64,000 bases of DNA from Candidatus Dojkabacteria bacterium (GTDB lineage Bacteria > Patescibacteriota > Dojkabacteria > JAFGLO01), in contig JAFGLO010000004.1 in NCBI GenBank assembly GCA_016927995.1, positions 64,955 to 128,954 of the forward strand, written 5' to 3'. The position numbers were made by a program, and so were the translations under genes. Position 1 is the first letter of the stretch. Every line of letters starts with the position of its first letter. Positions 18,676-29,000 of this stretch are shown here, one piece after another. The notes beneath the pieces were generated by a model that was not told the origin of the DNA, did not search any database, and was given only the letters and a program-made list of their open reading frames with translations.

Positions 18676-18925
18676 ATATTATACCCGCTTCAACATAAAA
18701 GCTATCCCTAGCTATTCTACTCTTCTTTATTTTTTGCTCCAAAGATCTAGCTCCTTTCAAATCTTTACATTTCTTAAAGTACACGAGCTTCCATTCTGTG
18801 CCATTTTTCGTATATTTTGATTTTCCTCTATTGTGCTCAGATAGTCTGCGCTTTATATCATCCGTTGATCCAACGTAAATCCTATTCTTTATGTCTTTAA
18901 TTATGTATATCCCAACTTTATTCAT
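18653..18925 (-). CDS. GIY-YIG nuclease superfamily small protein
   Basis: IYIIKDIKNRIYVGSTDDIKRRLSEHN contains the GIY...YVG motifs and conserved R/E/N. It is about 90 aa. Its 3' end overlaps the tRNA-Pro 5' region by about 23 nt. Confidence 0.75.
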   Translation of the reverse strand: MNKVGIYIIKDIKNRIYVGSTDDIKRRLSEHNRGKSKYTKNGTEWKLVYFKKCKDLKGARSLEQKIKKSRIARDSFYVEAGIISGRSSVG

Positions 18926-18941
18926 ATTTCACCTATTCTAT

Positions 18942-19062
18942 TCATGACCCTCTATCTGTCGATAGACAGGCCAGCCATGCGTTCTAGCAAATCTCCATTC
19001 TGATTCATCAGAATAAGGATCCTCGATTCCGAGTCACGGAATCGGGACTGAACTACGCCCCG
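18942..19062 (-). pseudogene. Partial duplicate of tRNA-Pro (positions 1 to about 43) interrupted by two insertions
   Basis: It matches the tRNA-Pro acceptor 5' strand and D arm through the anticodon stem. A roughly 57-nt insertion sits in the D loop. A 20-nt palindromic insertion (CTATC-GACA-GATAG) sits in the anticodon loop. The T arm and acceptor 3' strand are missing, and the GIY-YIG start codon lies 17 nt away. Confidence 0.6.
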
Positions 19063-19064
19063 AT

Positions 19065-19083
19065 ACTAGAATTTTACCAGAAA
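19065..19083. repeat. Direct repeat ACTAGAATTTTACCAGAAA, right copy
   Basis: See the left copy at 18113-18130. Confidence 0.55.
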
Positions 19084-19190
19084 AGCAGCACGAAGTGCAT
19101 AGGTTAATCAAATGAGCCAAGGGTTTGAATTTACAGCGCTAACGGTATTTATAGTATTGGCGGAGAGAAGCGGAAATAAGGCGGGTTTGC

Positions 19191-19499
19191 CTACTTTTCA
19201 GGTGTTGTTATTGGCTTTTGCTTCTTTTTAGATATTGAGCCAATTACATTGACAATAATTACACCCAAGATAGCACCCAAAACTGCTCCAATTATTAATG
19301 ATCCGATTGCCGTAAAAAGTATATAGACCCAGCTTTTCACCATCATTTCGACGCCGAATTTCATTTCGGAAATTTTTGGAGGAAGCCAATATGTGAGTGC
19401 CCAATGCATAGTGAGATAAGCACCGGGGATTCCCCCAAGTATAATTCCCAAAAGATTTTTGCCTATTGCAACAAAGAGCTTTTTAAGATCAGTCTTCAA
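19191..19499 (-). CDS. Hypothetical small membrane protein (102 aa, about 3 TM)
   Basis: Hydrophobic spans and a Lys-rich C-terminus. Confidence 0.5.
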   Translation of the reverse strand: MKTDLKKLFVAIGKNLLGIILGGIPGAYLTMHWALTYWLPPKISEMKFGVEMMVKSWVYILFTAIGSLIIGAVLGAILGVIIVNVIGSISKKKQKPITTPEK

Positions 19500-19633
19500 T
19501 ATTTTTTATGTAAAGTTATATATTAATATCTTAATCTAGAACTGAAATAAAGTACACACTCAATTTTATCTAATATGATAAAGGTTCTATTTGAGTGTAT
19601 AATGCTTACGTTATCTTATCTTATTATAAAAAT

Positions 19634-21103
19634 ATGAAAACCAGGAAATTTACAATACTTCATTCAAACGATATGCATGGGGACTTTTTGGCGGAAGCAA
19701 CTTCAGGTAAAGGAAAGCTAATTGGTGGGCTTGCACTTTTATCCGGTTACATAAACAAGGTTCGGAAAGAAGAAGAAAATGTTTTATATGTAATTTCAGG
19801 AGATATGGTTCAGGGATCTCTTATTGATTCTGAATATAAAGGTATTTCAACCATTGAAATTATGAATTATTTAGCTCCGGACGTGGTCTCTTTAGGAAAT
19901 CATGAATTTGATTATGGACTTCCCCATCTTTTATTTTTGGAAAAAATGGCAAATTTCCCGATAGTAAACGCAAATTTGTATATAAAGAAATATTACAAAC
20001 GGTTAATGCGACCTTACATAATTATTAAAAAAGCAGGATTTGATATTTTGTTTACGGGAATAATTACTGAAAAGGTAATGGATTCAATAAGTCAGGATAA
20101 ACTTGTTGGGAGTTTTATAACGCTTGAGGAAGCAAGTAGGGAAGTAGGTAGAATTACCGATGCATATAAGCGGGATGACATTGATTTAACTGTTCTGCTT
20201 ACGCATATTGGATTTGAATCTGATATTGCTTTGGCCAAGATGCTAAAGCCGGAATGGGGTGTGGATATGATAATAGGCGGGCACTCTCATACAATTTTGG
20301 ATCACCCCAAGAAAGTTAACAAAGTACTTATAGCGCAGGCCGGTGTTGGAACCGATCAAATAGGACGATTTGATATTGAGGTCGATGATGATACAAATAT
20401 AATTGTTAAATATAGATGGAAGTTAATACCGATAGATGAATCAATTGCTGAACCTGACCAAGAACTCGAGGCGTATATTAATTCATATAAACAGATTGTC
20501 GATCGAAAATTTAGCACGCTAATTTGCAAACTTTCCGAAAAATTGACTCATCCTCTTCGTGAAATAGAGACAACAGTGGGAAACCTTTTTGCAGATGCAT
20601 TCGCAGAATCCACTGAATGTGATGTTATGTTTGTAGGATCTGGATCAATAAGATCAAAAGAGTTAGGACCATTGGTAACTTTAGGCGATTTAAACTCGTG
20701 TTTTCCCTATGATGACAGCTTAACAAGGTTTGAAATAACCGGGAATACTCTCCGAAAAATATTTGCACATATTATGCGTGTAAAAAATCGTGATGGAGAA
20801 GGCGAATGTTATCAGGTAAGCGCAGGGGTTAGTGCCGTTTATGATGATAATGCAGATAAGCTTAAAAGCCTAACGTTTAAAGGAAAACCTGTAAAAGCTA
20901 CTGACAAATTCAGAATTTGCTTGCAAGGATACCATTTAAGTCAATCAAAGGCTTATTTTGGTGTTTCACAAAAGGAATTAGCAAAATTAGCGCCCCCTAA
21001 GATTGTTTCAAGCTCGGCCCAGAGTGTAATAGAAGAATTTTTAAGAAATAACCAAAATATTGACAAGAAGCTTGAAAACCGGCTGGTTTATTTAGGTTCT
21101 TAA
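19634..21103 (+). CDS. Metallophosphoesterase / 5'-nucleotidase family protein (UshA/YfkN-like)
   Basis: HSNDMHGD, GDMVQG, GNHEFD and GGHSH metallophosphatase motifs, plus a C-terminal 5'-nucleotidase substrate-binding-like domain. The MKTRKF start is preferred over the ORF maximum at 19595. Confidence 0.82.
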   Translation: MKTRKFTILHSNDMHGDFLAEATSGKGKLIGGLALLSGYINKVRKEEENVLYVISGDMVQGSLIDSEYKGISTIEIMNYLAPDVVSLGNHEFDYGLPHLLFLEKMANFPIVNANLYIKKYYKRLMRPYIIIKKAGFDILFTGIITEKVMDSISQDKLVGSFITLEEASREVGRITDAYKRDDIDLTVLLTHIGFESDIALAKMLKPEWGVDMIIGGHSHTILDHPKKVNKVLIAQAGVGTDQIGRFDIEVDDDTNIIVKYRWKLIPIDESIAEPDQELEAYINSYKQIVDRKFSTLICKLSEKLTHPLREIETTVGNLFADAFAESTECDVMFVGSGSIRSKELGPLVTLGDLNSCFPYDDSLTRFEITGNTLRKIFAHIMRVKNRDGEGECYQVSAGVSAVYDDNADKLKSLTFKGKPVKATDKFRICLQGYHLSQSKAYFGVSQKELAKLAPPKIVSSSAQSVIEEFLRNNQNIDKKLENRLVYLGS

Positions 21104-21128
21104 AGCCAATTATACTATTAAGTGTAAA

Positions 21129-21770
21129 CTAGGCTTTCTCGCCGCACTCAGGACAGAACTTAGCATTTGCGGACAGCTTTGCACCACATTTTTTACATTT
21201 GTTTTCAGGGACAAGACTTGTTCCGCATTCAACACAAAACTTTGAATGGGCTTTAACTGTTGCTCCGCACTTTGGACAAACAGCCTTTTTAACATCTTCC
21301 CAGTCTTTTTCGCCAAGGTGTTTGTCTTCTTTTGCCATTCTTGCGTGAGCAAATGCTTCGTCACGACCGTGTTGGGCCTGAGCGGCTGACATTTCCTCAC
21401 CAAGTTCGGGAGCACACTCTTTGCAAAGTCCACGTTCATGATTCCAGCAGATCTCTTTACAAACCCATGTGCCGCATCGTTTACACTGTATAAACATGGG
21501 TTGCATCTCTTTTACTGCCTCGTCAAGAGCTTTATCGTGTTGAGGACCAGCGGCCATTCTGTGAATATCGTCCGATGTTGAGGCTACTGTTGAAACGGCG
21601 CCACCAAGTAGGTTGCCTACAACATTTAAAGCCCCGCTAACAAATCCTGTTGTGGATTTTTTAAATGTGCTCATGTAGCCGTTGCCGCACTTTTCACAGA
21701 TGAATTTAAATTGATAACCCGATTCATTTGACATATCTTCGTAGTTGTTTGTAAATGGAATATTTGCCAA
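21129..21770 (-). CDS. Multi zinc-ribbon protein
   Basis: At least five CxxC pairs (CEKCG, CKRCG, CKEC, CPKCG...CVECG, CKKCG...CPECG) with A/Q/E-rich linkers. Confidence 0.6.
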   Translation of the reverse strand: MANIPFTNNYEDMSNESGYQFKFICEKCGNGYMSTFKKSTTGFVSGALNVVGNLLGGAVSTVASTSDDIHRMAAGPQHDKALDEAVKEMQPMFIQCKRCGTWVCKEICWNHERGLCKECAPELGEEMSAAQAQHGRDEAFAHARMAKEDKHLGEKDWEDVKKAVCPKCGATVKAHSKFCVECGTSLVPENKCKKCGAKLSANAKFCPECGEKA

Positions 21771-21854
21771 GATTATTTTTAATAAATTTAGTTTAGCTTT
21801 AGATGATAGCAGTTAACTGTTTACGTATCAATAGTTGTGAGTTAAAATTGTGAT

Positions 21855-22292
21855 ATGGCAAACCCTCTAGTATTTACTATGCCCACTTTTCCTCACATAC
21901 TCGAGCTTTCTAGCATGTTTCCCAGGGTGCTTAAGCTTGGTCCGAACTTAAAAACCGAGGTTGAATATCTAAAAAATCGAATAAAAAAGGAAAAGCCCGA
22001 AATAATAATAGGTTTTGCACTAGCCAAAGGAGATAAAAGTTATATAGAAAAAACGTGTTTTAATGAGATTCATAAAAAAAAGATTCTAAAGTCTGGGTCT
22101 GATTCTTTTGAGCTGTACGTGCCTGATAGGTTGCCACCCGAAATTATTCCAAGGGAAGATGCTTCCAGAACGTTTTGTAACTATGTATGTTACTTGCTTT
22201 CGGAATTTTTGCAGAGTGAAGGACTTAAACCCAAGTTAAGCTTTTATCATATGGGCACTACAAGATTCGAACTTGTGACCCCGCGAATGTGA
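21855..22292 (+). CDS. Hypothetical protein; weak resemblance to the C-terminal half of peptidase C15 (pyroglutamyl peptidase)
   Basis: SRTFCNYVCYLL resembles the C15 active-site segment GTFVCNHVMYGLL, but the N-terminal GF-PF region is absent. The last 40 nt overlap tRNA-Val on the opposite strand. Confidence 0.3.
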   Translation: MANPLVFTMPTFPHILELSSMFPRVLKLGPNLKTEVEYLKNRIKKEKPEIIIGFALAKGDKSYIEKTCFNEIHKKKILKSGSDSFELYVPDRLPPEIIPREDASRTFCNYVCYLLSEFLQSEGLKPKLSFYHMGTTRFELVTPRM

Positions 22293-22325
22293 ATCGCGTG
22301 CTCTAACCAGCTGAGCTAAGTGCCC
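22252..22325 (-). tRNA. tRNA-Val (anticodon CAC)
   Basis: Cloverleaf: acceptor GGGCACT/AGTGCCC with A73; D stem GCTC/GAGC; anticodon stem CGCGA/TCGCG with loop TTCACAT; T stem ACAAG/CTTGT with loop TTCGAAT. Confidence 0.9.
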
Positions 22326-22334
22326 TTGAAATGA

Positions 22335-23912
22335 CTATCTTACAGTTACTTCTACGAGTTTAAGTTCGTTAGTAGTTTCATTGATTTTTCCAACAACAAG
22401 ACTTCCCGAATCATTTAGTACTGTAAACTTACTTTCAATGTTTTCTAAAAGCTCATTCTTATTAATTCCCCAAAGATCACTATAAGATATTGTTCCATTC
22501 TTCCAAAAGAAAACTACACCCGAGTCGTCGCCCCACACAAAATTACAGGAAGTTTCTGTGCAATCAGCAATTTCATAACCGTTATAGGTGGTAAGATAGT
22601 CCCATTCATCGACTACAAGCCAGAAAACAAAATAGACGTTAGATATATTGATTATTGCTTTACTTGAGTCCGGCGATATTGAAACAAACTTACAATTAGA
22701 TTCATAACAATTTACAATCTCGTGTGCCGTAAGTTTTGAAGTGTCAAGAAACCAATACGTTGAGTCAACTTTTATAACAAACATTGTCCCTGTGAGGTCG
22801 GCATGAATTTCGGTTACTTCATCTGGGTTAAGAATAAAAGAACCATTGTCTTTTTCTTGCTCTGCAGGTAGTGGTTGATACATAAACTTGGTATTTATTG
22901 GAACAATAGTCTCGGTATTATTTCCCGAAAGTGCTTTACTTACGATTCCGTCTTTATTAACGAATACAATACTCCCATTTACAAATGTGTGTGGTATTGT
23001 TTCGATTTCGTCTCCGGATAAAATAATTAGGTTTACGGACTTTGCAAAATCGTGTGAAATAATCTCATCGTTACGAGTTAAAATAAGATATTCGCTGTTG
23101 GCGGCCCAATCCGAAATATTTGCACCTGTTGGAATGTTAGTTACTTCTATATACGAATTCAATGTATTGGTCGTGAACGCAACAATAGTTTTACTGTCAA
23201 TTGTGACGGTTGATTCTAGATTTTTTGTGTCTTTCGTTAGGGCACTTTTTATATCGAACTGTAAGAGAACTTTTGATAAGTCTGGAGCAGGAATAAGCTT
23301 CAGATTTTCAAGGTCGACTGCATAATCTCCATTGGTTAGGCTGACTTCTTTGCTGTTAAATACTTCGTTGCAGCTGGTTGTTGACCAAAAAACGAAGCTA
23401 ATATTGCAACGTTGGATCGTAAAGTGGTCGGCAAATTCGGTATAAGCTAAAACCGTATTTTTTTCTTCGTCGGAAAAGTAATGACGTGTTGAGCGTGAAA
23501 GCAAAGTCTCCGACTCGATATAACTTTTAGTTCGAAACAACTTTGAGTAAACCGAGTACGATAAGCCTTCCTTAACTCTTACGGGGAATGAATAAGAATG
23601 GTAGTTTTCTTTTTTAACTTCAATGGTATAGTCGCCAACTTCCAGTCCTGTGAGGATTTTTGAAGAAGAGGTTCCTAGCGATTTACCGTTAAGCAGGAGT
23701 TCGGCACCACGAACATTGCTTTTAATTGTAATTGATCCGGTTTGGATGATTGTGTTGTTTACAAATCGATATCCCTTTGAGTAAAGGATAACTATCACGG
23801 TAAAAAAAATAAAAGAGACCGGAATTAGGATTGCCCCGATCCAAGAGAACACTCGTTCTAAAGTCTTCTTTAGTGAACGCTTTGGTCTTGTCATGATAAC
23901 ATATTTTATCAC
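22335..23912 (-). CDS. Membrane-anchored protein with a PEGA-like beta domain
   Basis: N-terminal TM region. The segment IKSNVRGAELLLNGKSLGTS...GDYTIEVKKENYHSYSFPV fits the PEGA pattern. The rest is a beta-rich ectodomain. Confidence 0.5.
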   Translation of the reverse strand: MIKYVIMTRPKRSLKKTLERVFSWIGAILIPVSFIFFTVIVILYSKGYRFVNNTIIQTGSITIKSNVRGAELLLNGKSLGTSSSKILTGLEVGDYTIEVKKENYHSYSFPVRVKEGLSYSVYSKLFRTKSYIESETLLSRSTRHYFSDEEKNTVLAYTEFADHFTIQRCNISFVFWSTTSCNEVFNSKEVSLTNGDYAVDLENLKLIPAPDLSKVLLQFDIKSALTKDTKNLESTVTIDSKTIVAFTTNTLNSYIEVTNIPTGANISDWAANSEYLILTRNDEIISHDFAKSVNLIILSGDEIETIPHTFVNGSIVFVNKDGIVSKALSGNNTETIVPINTKFMYQPLPAEQEKDNGSFILNPDEVTEIHADLTGTMFVIKVDSTYWFLDTSKLTAHEIVNCYESNCKFVSISPDSSKAIINISNVYFVFWLVVDEWDYLTTYNGYEIADCTETSCNFVWGDDSGVVFFWKNGTISYSDLWGINKNELLENIESKFTVLNDSGSLVVGKINETTNELKLVEVTVR

Positions 23913-23976
23913 AGACAGCTTGTATATGCATCTTAGTTAATATACAATAAATCGACTATAAGATGATGGTTTTTTA

Positions 23977-24981
23977 ATGGCTAAACGGATTGGAATTGAC
24001 CTTGGAACCGCAAACTCCGTTGTATATGTGTCCGATAAAGGAATAATTTTGTGTGAACCTACGGTTGTTGCTTTAACAAAAGACGACTTAATGGTTATTG
24101 CCGTTGGGCAGGAAGCCAAAGAGATGCTTGGGAAAACACCTGATTCCATAATCGCTCGAAGACCCTTAAGAAATGGAGTAATTGCTAATGCTCGAATAAC
24201 CGAAGCAATTCTTAAGTATTTTATTGGAAAAGTAATGGGACCAATAAGACTGTTTAAGCCCGAAGTTATGATTTCGGTACCTGTGGGAATAACTTCCGTT
24301 GAAAAACGCGCGGTTGTAAAGGCGGCAATTAGTGCCGGAGCCAAAAATGTTGAACTTATACCGGAACCGCTTGCAGCGGCCATAGGTGCCAAACTTCCAA
24401 TTCATACATCAACCGGAAACTTAATCGTAAATATAGGTGGTGGAACTTCTGAAATCGCTGTGATTTCTCTCAATGGAATTGTAGCATTTAACTCTGCACG
24501 TGTTGCAGGTGATGCACTAAATGATGGAATTGCAGTGTATGTTAGAAAGAAACATGGATTAGTGATAGGTGAGCAAATGTCGGAACGAATAAAAATTGAA
24601 ATAGGAAGTGCACTGCCTATGGAAAAACCCCTTGAAATGGAGATTAGAGGTCGTGATAACTCGACAGGTATGCCAAGATCAACAACAATTGATTCAAATC
24701 AAACGGTCGATGCCATGAAACCTCGACTTAATCAGATAATTTTGGCTGTAAAGTCGGTACTTGAACGTACTCCTCCTGAGCTTACATCCGATATTATTGA
24801 TCGCGGGCTTATTTTAAGTGGTGGTACTGCCATGCTTCGAAATATAGATATGCTTTTTACTAAAGCACTTGGTGTGCCTAGTCATATTGCCGATGATCCT
24901 ATTTATTGTGTGGCCCGTGGTATCGGTGAAGCCCTTAAACATATTGATATTTTAAGAAAAAGCATTGAAGCAAACATGTAG
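23977..24981 (+). CDS. mreB: Rod shape-determining actin homologue MreB
   Basis: IGIDLGTANS phosphate-1, the NIGGGTS adenosine motif and LSGGTAMLR phosphate-2 motif. It is 334 aa. Confidence 0.95.
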   Translation: MAKRIGIDLGTANSVVYVSDKGIILCEPTVVALTKDDLMVIAVGQEAKEMLGKTPDSIIARRPLRNGVIANARITEAILKYFIGKVMGPIRLFKPEVMISVPVGITSVEKRAVVKAAISAGAKNVELIPEPLAAAIGAKLPIHTSTGNLIVNIGGGTSEIAVISLNGIVAFNSARVAGDALNDGIAVYVRKKHGLVIGEQMSERIKIEIGSALPMEKPLEMEIRGRDNSTGMPRSTTIDSNQTVDAMKPRLNQIILAVKSVLERTPPELTSDIIDRGLILSGGTAMLRNIDMLFTKALGVPSHIADDPIYCVARGIGEALKHIDILRKSIEANM

Positions 24982-25014
24982 GGATATGTTTGTAATCTGT
25001 CCCTACAAATGTGT

Positions 25015-25908
25015 TTAAGCATCAGTCGTTGCCCAATCCAAAAGCTTTTTCATTTCGGACTTTGATCCCTCGGGTGTTTTTAATGCGGGACTTTCCAGAA
25101 TCATTGGGATTTCTCTTAATTTCGGATGGTTTATTATTGCTTTTATGCCTTCTTTTCCTATTAACCCTTCGCCTAAATCGGCGTGTCGATCTTTGTTTGA
25201 CCCACACTCTGTAAGAGAGTCGTTTAAGTGAATGCAGGTAACATTTGAAAGCCCCAGTGTTGAGTCTATATCTTTAATAACCCCTTCGAGGTTATTTTTC
25301 CAATCATAACCCGAGGCAAATGAATGCTGAGTATCAACAACAAATCCAATCCGGTCCGGCTGTGCAGCTTTGCGCCTCATTTCAGAAATCTCGGTAAATT
25401 TATCGCCAAGGATGTTTCCCGAACCTGCAGAATCTTCCAATAAAAGTTTGCCTTTAGGAGCATTATCTAAAATCCAATCGAGTCCATAAATAACACGACC
25501 CATTGATGCCTTTTCGGAAAGATCCTGCACTGATCCGGGGTGAAAACAAATTCCCAAGACTTCGATGTCTGAATCAAGCCTGTATAAATAATCAGAAAGG
25601 GACGCAGCAAAATTTAAGTAGGCTACAAGGGACATTTTGCTTAGGTGGAACATTTGTTTGTCGCCACGGGCGAGGTTGATAAGGTAGATCCCATGAGCAA
25701 CAATCCTTTTTATTGAACTTTTTGCCAGGGCTTCGGCAAAGGCTTTTATTTGAGATTCATCAATAGGTTTTGTCGTCCAGCGTTGAGGAGCCGTGGGGTG
25801 TATTTGGATGCTGTTTGCCGAAATTGCCTCTGCATTTTTTACGGCGTTTATTAGACCTCCGGCGACTGATACATGTGATCCAAGGTAGCGCATTATGGTC
25901 TTTGTCAA
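25015..25908 (-). CDS. nfo: Endonuclease IV (AP endonuclease family 2)
   Basis: The start MRYLGSHVSVAGGL, the HGIYLINLA segment and the HLNDS metal-binding motifs. It is 297 aa. Confidence 0.88.
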   Translation of the reverse strand: MTKTIMRYLGSHVSVAGGLINAVKNAEAISANSIQIHPTAPQRWTTKPIDESQIKAFAEALAKSSIKRIVAHGIYLINLARGDKQMFHLSKMSLVAYLNFAASLSDYLYRLDSDIEVLGICFHPGSVQDLSEKASMGRVIYGLDWILDNAPKGKLLLEDSAGSGNILGDKFTEISEMRRKAAQPDRIGFVVDTQHSFASGYDWKNNLEGVIKDIDSTLGLSNVTCIHLNDSLTECGSNKDRHADLGEGLIGKEGIKAIINHPKLREIPMILESPALKTPEGSKSEMKKLLDWATTDA

Positions 25909-26082
25909 ATTTATTTACCATTATAGCGTGAAAGTATTCATGGGTCTATATCTGAAGTAACGAAAATACTGATAAACCCGGCGGTTGGGCCTCTTAACTT
26001 GGCATGATGTCAGATTATATTAAAGTTTTATTAAGAAATTTGGCTGGTTTGAGTGATATTATTGAACTGATATAAGTTAAGG

Positions 26083-29000
26083 TTGTGGAATATGATTAAA
26101 AGGTTTGTGGTTGGAATTTTGGGGTTTGTTATATTTACTCTGCTATTTATATCATCGGTTTACGCAGATCAAGTAATACTTCCTGTTTACCAGGATACTT
26201 ATGTTGAAGAAGGATATCCAAATGCGATTGTCTGGGATAATAGAAACTTATTTCTTGGGTATGACAGTATCTGGGGAAAAGAGCGCACAAGAATATACAT
26301 TCAATTTGATTTCTCTTTAATTCCTCCGATTCTTTATTCTGATACCGGAAGGTTACAAAGTGTTCAAATTCAGTTGTATCAATATCAAAGACAGGCTTTA
26401 GGCTCATATAATTTTTATTTATTTCAACTTTTGTTACCATTCCTGCAAGGGGAGGTTAATTGGTATACCCAGCCAATAGTGGGAGAGTTAATAGGCGAGT
26501 TCTCCTTTTCTGAAAGCCTGGCATATCAAAGTATTGATATAACCAACTGGATAATAGGTTTTTTGCAAGGCGGAGAAAATAATGGCTTTGCACTGGTTGC
26601 GGTGGATGAGTATAGCGCAGGCTCTATATTCTGGTCGGATTCATGCGAGGTTGCCGGTGAATGTGCCAAGCCAAGACTCGTTATCAACTATGATTCAAAT
26701 ATGCCTCCCCTTGCAGGAATGGTAACTTCTCATGATGTTTATTCTATAACCGGTGAGAATCAGACTCTTTTAACTTGGGATACGTCAACGGATCCTGAGG
26801 GAGATTCCATTACATATTCTGTATTACAGTCTGCCGGTAGTGATTTTTCTAGTGAACTTGTTCAATATTCGGGGCTTTCGGAGAATAATATATCGCTGAA
26901 TCTAAATAGTGGATCTAACTTTGTTAAAGTATTGTATTGTGATCCTTATCGGTGTACCGAAACTAATCCCATAGAAATTGTTCTTGATGATTTGAGTCCC
27001 GGCATTCCAATTGCAAATCCTTTACCACCTTACGTAAGTGGTAAAAGCATTGAAGTATCGTGGCAGCAAAGCATTGATAATTATAGTAACAATGTTTCTT
27101 ATCAAGTTTGTTATGGTTATACTTCCGACTTGGAAGATTGTCAGACAACTGATTGGACAGGTAATCTTTCCTTTGTAATTAATGATATTGAGATTGATGG
27201 TGAAATGTATTTTTGGGTAAGAGCGCAGGATGATTTTGAAAATATTTCAGATTGGTCGAATCGTGGCTCAACTGTAGTCGATAACAATTCTCCCGTGTTG
27301 GGAAAACTTACAATTCTAAACAGTGTTATTTCACCAAGTAATCCAACGAGCACAGGCGTTCTTGATGAGCAAGTTTTTGAAGGAGATGTTTTTGATGTAA
27401 CATTACAAGAATGGAGACTGTTTGTGATGGATCAGTTTCATAATGTGGTTTTTAGTGTGGAAGGGGTCGGAACTTCGATTGAGTACATGTATCAACCGGT
27501 ACTTCCTGATGGAACTTACTTCGCTTTTTTAGAGGCAACTGATTTAATTGGGAATACAGCTCGAAGCAATATAGTGTCATTTAGGATTGATGATACAAGT
27601 CCCATAATTTCTAAAATTAACATTGACAATGCCAAAATCCGTACAGTTGCCTCCGAATATCTTACATTTTCAGTGAGTGAGGAATCAACCTGTCTGGTAA
27701 CCTTAAACAGTGTTACAGTAGGTCAAGCCGGTTTATTAAATTACGCTCACGGAGGGAATAAACTACTATTACACTGCATTGATACTGCAGGGAATTCAGT
27801 AAAGCAACAACTTACAATTAACGTTGATCTTATTCCTCCTGAGGCTCCTCTTATCCAAGTGATATCCGCTTCTTTGGCAGATATTCGATTGGAAGTGACG
27901 GCTGAAATCGGCTCGACAGTCTCTGTTTTTGTAAGTGGAGTAAAACTGACAACTGTGTTTATGGATGTAAACGTGAAGAAATTTTCGTTTGCAAAAATAT
28001 TTTACCCAAGCCTTGATTACGAGGTTCGTGGATTTACCGTTGATTTGGCAGGCAATCAGAGTCCGTGGAGTGAAAAAAGAATGTTTAAGATTCCTTCATT
28101 ACGTGAACTTGGTATTGGTGGAGGTGAGTTTATCTTACCTCAAAAGGAATATTCACCTACCGGAGAATGTACAATAACTTTTTCACAGAGTAATAACTCT
28201 TACAACGTTGATTGTAATTTATCTGCACCTTATATTAGAAGTGTTAGTAGGGTAAACTCCGGGGCGGTATCGGGTGGAGTACTTGAAGTTTCCGGTAAAC
28301 ATATCCCAACCGTCAATGTAAACATAATTTACAAAAGATGTAAGAAAAAAAGTTTTTTAAATCCCGAAACCTGGTTTAGTTGTATTGAGGAGACATATTT
28401 TACGGAGACACTTAAAGTTGAGGATAGTTCAAGCAATAGTTGGATTTATGGACAGTTAACCTCCCAACCTGTCAACGGGTTTATAACTTCCGAAAAGCCG
28501 AACACTGAGGAGTTTACACTTAAGTATAGGGTAGAGGACCTTAATGCCAAAAGGTTGTATCGGATTAAGCAGCATCTTTTTCTTACTTCATATACAAGTT
28601 TGGGAGATTATTTTGGAAGCTTTGAATTTAGTCGGCCTTCGACCTGGTTTTTAATTCCCCCCGAAGTTAGTATGTCAGGAAGTAAGTATTTTTCGTTCAT
28701 GTTTTCCAGACTTATAAACGTAACACAATGGCATGGTTATACTGCGTTTCAGGCACCTCATAAGGGTATCGACTTTGGTAGTGTGCTTGAGCCGATTCTC
28801 GCACCTGCCGACGGCACTGTTGAAGTAATTGCCTGGGACAGTTATGGCGGTGAATGTAACTCCGGCGGAAAGATTTTACTTATAAAACATGATAATGGGA
28901 TGTATTCTGCATATTTTCATCTTGAAAATTATCTTAAATCTGATGGAACGGTACTTGTTGTCGGCGAACGGGTAAGTAGAGGACAGGTGATTGCAACTTC

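Noticed and set aside
23937-24405. 151-aa and 79-aa minus-strand ORFs
   Set aside because: They are fully antisense to mreB, which has strong actin-fold motifs. No independent support.
24982-25014. CTGTCCCTAC 10-mer matching a REP half-site inside an AT-rich hairpin between mreB and nfo
   Set aside because: A 10-nt match could be coincidental. No second arm of the REP palindrome is present.
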